From positions 1 to 61,063 of the forward strand of contig CALCWV010000075.1 of NCBI GenBank assembly GCA_937907645.1: 61,063 bases of DNA, read 5' to 3'. The notes under the pieces were generated by a model, which was not told the origin of the DNA, searched no databases, and saw only the letters and a program-made list of their open reading frames with translations. Source of the stretch: an uncultured Clostridia bacterium. GTDB lineage: Bacteria; Bacillota; Clostridia; Christensenellales; UBA1242. Numbering within the stretch: the stretch's first letter is position 1; the number at the start of each line of letters is the position of its first letter. Below, piece by piece: positions 39,201-48,200 of the stretch. A program made the translations under genes and the position numbers.

Positions 39201-42200
39201 AGTGCTTTTAATTTTTGATTCTACAGGCAAACCACCAGTTGTATTAGAAGATGCAGGATACTCGACATTAATATAATTACCCTCACCACCATTATTCCCA
39301 AGTTCAAACTTCACTTTGATGAAGCTTGTGCTCTTTGCGGATGGGCAGATTAAGCCTGCTGTGTAGTTATTGTCTGTTCCGGCATATGTTAAACTGATTT
39401 GTCCAACTTTTGAATAGTCAAAAGTAACGTTTTCAAATCTACATTCATTGACTTCTTGTTCAATAAATGTCGAACCTGTTTGTTTAATTTCGTCAAGATC
39501 TTCAAAAGTTATTCCGTCCGCCTTTACGCCCGATGCATAGACAATCTTTAAATTTTTGAAGACTGTTCCTGCGCCAAGTCTCTTGAACATTAAGTTTTTG
39601 CCATCAAGTACAATTGGCACTGTGTCAATCATACTTAAATCAGACTCGCCGTCAGCGTCCCATCCTCCGATCAATCTTCCTGCGAAGTTATCGATGCCAA
39701 GAAGAGCTTGATATTGATCTTCTGTCAAGTTGATTGGACCTTGAGTAGTCTTGCTTTTATCTAATCCACGAACACGGATTTCTTTTGCAGATGATCTCAT
39801 CAAAATCAGAGTTTCATCAATATTGTACTGATCAAGATAAACTACATCTAAGATTTCAACAAACTTAATCTTTGGATAGAGGTCTGTGAGGTCTTGACGC
39901 CAGTTATCTGTTGACCAGTTTCCTGAGTTCAAGAAGTATCCATTCATTTCGATGTAACCTGTCTTTCTTGATGTTATCTTTGAAAGTGGGCTAATTTCAA
40001 TAAGGTTTTTGGAAAGTGGTTGTTTGTCATTTTTACCCTCTGCCTTTGCCTTGACTTTATCAAAGCCTGGATAAGGAAGAATATCTACAGTTATTCCTTT
40101 GTAATTCATTGATGAAACGTAGCCAATATGCTTTTCTGATGCTTCAGATTGATTTGCCTGTTGAGCGAGTGCTTGGCTTAATGTCAAGATTGAGTTAAGC
40201 TCTGCACCTTTTCCCTCTTTATCCGTTTCTCTTTCACCAACAAGAGCATAGATTTCAAGTTTTGCAAGGCTGTATGTTGAATTATCACCTTGATAATCTA
40301 CTTGATTATACTCACTAATTCCAAAGAAGTTAACTGAGTTAACTGCTGTGAGTGATAATTTAGCGTTTCCTGCGATAGAACCAACGATTCCACCTGCTGT
40401 GAATTTTGATCCAACAACACCGCGAACATCTCCAGAAGAGTAAACTTCGTTGAGTAAAACTGTTGTTGATGTTCCTGATACACCGTCGTTGTTAATTGGG
40501 TTTTCGTTCCAAGCTGATTGTGGTGTTGGATTTCCTACTCTACCAACAACACCACCAGCAACACATCCATCTGTGCCTGCGATAACGTTAATCTTTGAAT
40601 ATGAAGCGATTAACTTACCATATTTTTGATATCCGATAAGTCCACCGATATACTCTGGCTTATTTTCGATATAGTCGCCTGCACCAACATTCCATGATGA
40701 AGTGTCGATGAAGATTTCTGAGTATCCTCTCTCAACTGATGTGCTTCCACCATAGTAGTTTGCAAGGTTGTCTTCGATTGCATCTTGAGTTTCAGAATCA
40801 TATTCAGCATAAATCTGTTTGATGATGCTTACTGTGTATCCAAAGACACCACCGGCTGCGCCGTTGTATGAAATAATATTAGTTGTTTCGTCGGAACTTG
40901 TAAAGATGAATCCTGCATCTTTTACATTTGATGTAATTCCCGCGAATCCAACAAGTCCGCCGACGATTTCACCTCTGATATTTGCTGTGTTATAGCCTTT
41001 GAGGTTCGTGATGCTATATCCATTGTCTGAAACAGTTTCCATGTTGAAGCTGTCTCTAAGTGAAGGCTTGAATGCGTCGATATATCCAAACAATCCACCT
41101 GCAAATGAAAGTTTTGAGATTGAATCTTGGAAATTTCTTTCAGAGTTATATAACTCTTGTCTTACTTTTCTGTAACTAAAGGCTTCTTTTGTTATAGTCT
41201 GGCTATCGTATATAGTCTGGCTATCGTAGAAACCGTCAGTCTTAATTGAGTGTTTTTCATCGTAGTAAGCAGATTGAACAATTGGGTCTGTGATAGATAC
41301 GTTTGTTATCTTTGCTTCCCCGAAAACAGCTCCGACAAGTCCGCCGACTAAGTTATCACCTTTAACACCGAATGTGTTTGCACTTACACCTGTTCCTGTT
41401 GGAACTACTTGTGTTACTGCGATGTTGATAAGTCTGCTGTTTCCTGTCATTGTTCCAGCAAGTCCACCAACAAGAGCGGAGTTAGTTGCTGTTACGTTTT
41501 GGATTTCAAGTTTCAAGTTGTAGATTGATCCATTTTCGATCTTAGAGAATAGTCCAACTGATTCAAGAACATTTTCTGTTCTCTTAGCACTGATTGCGAT
41601 GTTCTTAATAGTAAATCCGTTTCCGTCAAGTACTCCTCTGAACGTCTTGTTCGTTGAGCTTAGATTTATTTCCTCTTCTCCAACTTTGAGGTCAGAAAGA
41701 TCTACTGTTGAAACTAATCTGTATACACCATTTACATATGAACCTGTTACTAAGTTCTTAAGGTTTGTTCCAGCTTCTGGATTTCCCATTGCAAGGTCAA
41801 ACTCTTCTGCACTTCTGATGATAACTGGGTTCTTCTTTCCTCCATACTTGAATGCGTCATCACCATTGATTGAAACATATGGATATTTTGAAGAACCGTT
41901 GATTGTTGTTGCGATTCTCTCTCTGTGTGAGAATGTAATTTGATTTGGCTCTGTGAGTGTTAGAAGTCCGTCATTTCCGATGTACCAAATTCCGTCGTTT
42001 GAATCTAATTCTGTTGCGAATGAGAATCCATAGAATTGTGTTTCAGATGATGGATTTCTTGCAAGTGTTGCACCTGTTTGCATTGCATTTTCAACATCTT
42101 CTGTGAGGTTGCTGTCTTTTGCGTTATAATAACACTTTTCGATTGTTCCTGTGTTTAATGATTCTCCCTTAACTCCAACACCTGAGAAATTAGATTGTGA

Positions 42201-45200
42201 AATGTTTGCACCTTCCATTCTGCATGATGCGTAGCTAAGTTCGATTCTTCCAGAGTTTTGATATACAAAACCTGCTGCATAATAACTTAATTTTTCATCT
42301 GCATTCAATCCTTTGATTGCAATGTTTGAATATGAGTTGTCAATTGATCCTGTGTTGTTTGAAACAAATCCTGCAACATATCCGTTTGAAGATATTGATG
42401 TTCCGTTTAAGCAAAGTGATTTGTCTGTTCTGTCATCGCCCGTTGTTGTTTCAGTTCCCTGTACAAAGGACGTAGAAATTCTTCCAGAGTTGCTGCTTGC
42501 AAATCCAGATGTAAAGAAGTTAATATTTTGTGCTTTGTTTGTAATTTGAACACGGTTTGCACTTGAACTTGTGATTACACCTGAGTTCTGTGAAACAAAT
42601 CCAGAAACTCTGCCCTGTGCAATAATATTGAATGTTCCAAGGTCTTCGCTTGAAGCGTTTTGCCCGTCGTTGTTGAGTACTAATACGCTATCGCCACCCA
42701 CTCTTGAGTTTGTGATTACACCTGTATTGTTGATAACAAAACCAGCAACCTCGCTATTAATATCTGTCCCGTTTGGCAAGATATATTCTGCTTTCAAACG
42801 GATAAGACTTACATTCAATCCCAGTTTATTTACGTCAGTATATGAAAGTGTGCTTGAGTAATATGGAAGACATACAACTTCGCAGTTGTAGATAATTCCA
42901 GCGTTGTCAATTGCGAAACCAGCAACTTGGATTTCACTAAATCCGTCCCTGCTGCTTACGTCAATATCAATTTGTCCACCATAGTAATAATTTACTCTGA
43001 TGTTCTTTAATGTTGTGTTACTTGTTACGCTTGAGAACAAAGCTCTTGCGATTGAAGTTGAACCTTTTTCTAGGTTGAAACTTGTGATATTGATTGTGTA
43101 TCCGTTACCATCGAGCATTTCAATCTTAGATGTATCGATTGGTGTGTAGTTAACTAATTCAATATCGTTTGTTAAAATGTAGTTTTCTGCTGTTGCATTG
43201 TTAGGAATATTTAAGAAGTCTTCAGCACTTGAGATTGATAATAAGTTATCTTCTTCATCAGTATATACTGTTACACTAATATTATAATAACAGCTAATCT
43301 CGTTGTAACTTGAAGAAAGTTTGTTTGTGTAAATTCTGTTTACAAGTTTTAATCTTACAGGTTCGTCTGTTGTTGCAACGCCTGTGATTGTCATTTTCTT
43401 GGTTGTCTCATCATAAGTGAGCTTGAATTTTCCGCAATCTGCAACTCCATCAACAAATCTAACCCTTGTTGAATTGTTGCCTTCTTCGATGTACATTCTT
43501 TCTGTTACGGCTATTCCCTGAATATCTCCATCTTGTCCCTTTTCCGTGTTGATGCTGAATGCTTCATCATTATTTAAATAGTAACCTTTGCTTGCAAATT
43601 CTTCTCTTGCTAAATTTAATTTTTTTACTATATCAGAATCTTCATTGTCAGCGTATTCAATTGGATCGAATGTATATGTCAATTCAAAGTCATGAATAGC
43701 GTCTTTGTAGATCTCAATTTCAGTTGTTGAGCTTGACAAACTGAAATCAACTAAAGTCAAAGTGCTTCTTGTCTCTTCAATTTCTTTTACACCATTTACA
43801 AAACGTGAAACTCGTGCATATACTTGGAAATTGCCGAGTCCTTGTGTTCCGCCGTTGATAGCTGCAGTTAGGTTTGCTCTAACTGATGTTGTGTAATATT
43901 TTGAGCCGTCAGCGTTGTAGAAAGGTCCAAGAATTTCACCAATTGTAATGCCACTCTTTACTCCTGAAAGACCAATATCTTCTCTGCTTAATGTTTGATC
44001 TTTCCCAAGTGAGATTTTTACTGGAATACTGCTTCCCTTGGCAAGAACTGGTGAGCCATTTTGCTCTGGATTAACCTCGATCTCAGCAGGTTTTTGATAT
44101 GTAATATTGTATGCATAACTTGCTGTGTCAAGCTGCTCTCCATTCTTTCCATAGAAAGTGATTGTGAGAGGAATAATGCAGTCTTGTGTAATTGATTTCG
44201 AAGCATATACCCTGAAAATGTATTGTTCAGGTCTTCCATTTATTTTGTTTGGATTAACTTGAATACTGTTTCCTAAATATGAAAACTCGTTTGAATTGTC
44301 AATCGTGTAAGCATCTAAAGTTCCTCCCCAAGGAACCATCTTTGTAAGGTTCAAATAGTATCCTTCTGATGACTCTGCGCCAATTGTGAAATATTCATAG
44401 TAAGAATATGTTGGGTCAACGCCAATAACCATATATGAGAAGTTCCCCGGTGACAACATACTTGAGATTTGATTCTTTCTGTGATATACAGTTGTATTCC
44501 CTTCTACTGTTGGGTTGCTGTGTAAGTAGCTTGTCATATCAATATGATTAATGTCTTGTGGTTCAAGTTTGATTGTTACAACAAAGTTTTCGTTGTCTGC
44601 TGTTCCGCTCTGTGAAGATATAATCATATAGAAAGTTTCTTCTTCAGATATTTTGTTCTTGTAGTTTTCATCAATTGAAACAGTGAGAACATATTCTTGT
44701 TTGCTATTCCCTTTGTTTGCCTTCAAAACTTTGATCTTATTTACATCAGCATCCATGAAAGTGGTGAATTCATTTATTGATTTTTCACTAACTGCTAAAG
44801 TTGTTCCATCAACGTTTTCTAAATCTTTGACGATCTTGAAAAGAATAGCGTCTCCGTCCACGTTGTCAGTTGTGAGAGTAACATTCACTGAGCTTGTTGT
44901 TGAAGGATAGATAACAATCTGGCTGTTTGAAACACCAATGTGTCTTGCACCTTTGAATGTTTTTAATGTGAATGTATCCTCAAATGATTCTTTAATTTTA
45001 TCATTGTATGCATTAGCTAATCCCTTAACAGAAAGTGTTGCTTTGAGGCTGTAACTTCCAACTTCTTCTTTGTTTGTTGCAGCGACTGTTCCTGTGAAGC
45101 CTGTGATTGTGAAATCAATGTTGTTATTATCTGGAGTGAAATCTGCACCTTCTTCTGTTTTTTCTGTAATTCCATTGTGATCTGCTGTAATCTCATAATT

Positions 45201-48200
45201 ATCTTGAACGAGGTCATAAACTTTTGATGTTCCAAGATAGATTGAGCTCTTGATTGTGTAGTTGATTGAAGCTGTGTTTCCAACTTGAAGATTTAAGACA
45301 TTTCCTGTCACATCATTCTTAAAGTTCGAGATTGTGTTTATTACTACAAACTTAAATTCTTGAGATTTTGAGTAGTCTTTCTTTGAATAAACAGTGAGAG
45401 TAATCTCTTCTGTAGTTGTTCCTTTGATAACGATTGAGTTTGATGTTACATCTACAACATCTGTATCTGAGCTTGTTACTGTAATGTCGTTTGAATCCTC
45501 ACATCCAAATAAATCACTAAATGATATTTTGTTTGCATCTTCGAGTCTGTTCTTCTCTCCATTTGATAGAGATACTAAAGCCGCTGTGATGTTTGTTCTC
45601 ATCAAAATTCCACTGTAATCGTCAACAGACAAAACTTTTCCATCAATGCTTTGAACACTGAGGTCTGCTACGTTAATAATATTTGATTGATAGAATTTAA
45701 GGTGTGCAAATCCCTTGTTTACATATTCCTGAAAGTTTGTCTCTCCCTTGAAAATCCAGTTTTCGCTTGTATCATTATTCCTTGAAGTTGGAGCTGTTGA
45801 TGTGTACTTAGTTTCTTCGTAATATGATATATAGGAATCTGTAATTGAAGCTGTTAATTCTTCGTTAGTCTTATTTCCTGCATATACGTTGAGGTTAGCA
45901 ACAGCGAATGAGTTTTTGATTGTGCTGCCTTCGTCTTGTCCAATCATTGCTCCAACGCGGGCATTCTCGCCATTTGCTGTAATCTTGCTTAAACCTGTTG
46001 TTGACAAGTCATAATCATAAACATAAGAGTTTTCGATTGTTCCAGTGCCTCTTCCGACGAATCCACCAGCAAAGCCGTCAGTCTCACCAGTAATTTTTGA
46101 AGTTACTGAGTCTCCAAAATTATAAAGTTCAACAAAAGAGTTTGAAATTGTTCCGCTATTTGCACCTGCAATTCCACCTGCTGATGCTCCTAATATAGCT
46201 GGTCCATATACGTAGGCTTTATTGATTGTTCCACTGTTTTGACTTGCGATCGCTCCTGCGTCACCTTTTACAGTATCTTCTGCTGTTACTGTACTTGGAG
46301 CAACTCTTGTGTTTCCTTCCTTATCTTTAACTAAGCGAACATCAATCTTAACGTTTTCGATTGTTCCCTTGTTTAATTTTGCCACAAAAGCGTCTTGAAC
46401 GTCACCTTTGAATGTTAAGTTTTTAACGCTTCCCTTGTTTGAAATTTCAGCAAACAAAGGATTGCTTGTTCCTGCAAAAGTAATTGTTACATCAGATGAA
46501 TTTCCAGTTAATCTGTCGCTTTCTTTTACATATCCACTGAGTGACCCACGGAACTCTCCGAGGCTTGCCCAGTTTTCAAGAGTAATATCATTCATTAAGA
46601 TATAGTGCTTTGAAAGGCTGATATTCTTGAGCTGATCTTCGCTGTAAATTCTATAAGCTGTTTCTTCGCTCTGACCGTCGGCTATTATAACTCTAATTTT
46701 CTTGATTACTTTGTTTAAATTTACATAGTTCTTGCTTCCGTCTGCATTGAGTCCTGCAAGGAATACAGAGTTGTTGCTTGCAAGAGCTGAATATTGATTT
46801 CCGATATCGCTTAAAGCTACGTAACTAAGCACATATTGTCCACTTTCGTTTGAAAAATATGGAATGCTTTCAATTCCTTGAATGTTCTTAATTGCATCCT
46901 TAGGGAGCATGTAGACATATCCTGTTCCACCTGTCACTAAGTTTGAACTTATTGAAACGATATTGTCTTTGATTGAAAGAACACTAGCTGATGTTCCGTT
47001 GTCTGGAACGAATTTGTATGCGATTTCTTTGTTGTAAGCATCGTCTGGCTTTGATGTTGTGATGAATACAAAATTTCTATCGTTGATATCTGTTGCAGAT
47101 GTATCTAAGTAGATAGAATCAACTTCATTTTCCCAAACTAGTTCGCTAATTCTCGTTGCGTTCTTAACATTTAATGTTAGTGCAAGTCTGAATGTTAAAT
47201 TGAATTTTGTGTACTCCACGTTAAGAGTGTTTCTTGTAATTCCATATCCATTTGTTGACTTTGCATGAACGTCAAATGACAATTGATTGTTTTCAACTTT
47301 AACGTTGTCAACTGTGTATGAATATGAGTCACCTGAGAAGGCATATTCAGATTCTGAGCCTAATGTGAATGAATCTCCGCCAAGCGAAATCTTGAATAAA
47401 CCTAGATCTGTGTAAGTAACCTTGTTGTTATCCGTTCTAAGATTTACAATTACATGTTGAACTGATTTTGCGCTATCTTCAACTGACAATGAGTCTTCTG
47501 AAACCATGTCAACTGTAGTAGCGTTTGCTTTCATAGTTGTAACTGGAACATAGACCTCATAAGTAAATGAGCAAATTTTGCTCACTTCTTCGTGATCCAT
47601 GTCATATCCCTTGAATGTGAATGTTATTGTTTTTGCCTCAGCTGTTTCCTGCTTTGCAAATAATACATTTGATGTTCTGTTGAACCAAGTGTTGTCAAGA
47701 GCCCCCATTTCGTCTTCAATAGTTAAATCGGTGTATACGCCTTTAATATTGAAATTTAATTTTACGCTCGAGCCGAGTGTTGCGACTAAAGCTGATAGAG
47801 ACCCGCTTGAAAGAGTGTAACTTGATACACCTGTTAATGTTGTTGGGTCAACAGTGATTTTTGCCTCTTCTAGTGGAACGAATGTATTCAAGATAATGTC
47901 TCTGTCTGCCCTCATCCCGTTCTTGTGACAAAGGGTAATTTTAATTTCGCTCTTTTCAAATCTGAGTGCTGTGTTTGTGATTGAGAATTTGATTTTTCCA
48001 TTCTCATATGTGATTCCAGATTCTTCGATAGGGAGTGTTCTGTCAAAGTCGAGATACAAGCCTTGAGCTGTAGAAATTCCACCAACACTTACTTCAAATG
48101 CACGTGAGTTATAGACATTCGTTGCCAAATATCCAACAGCGTCCTCTTGAACTGTAATTGATGAAGGAGCTTTTACACATTCAAAGTTTACTTCCTTTCT

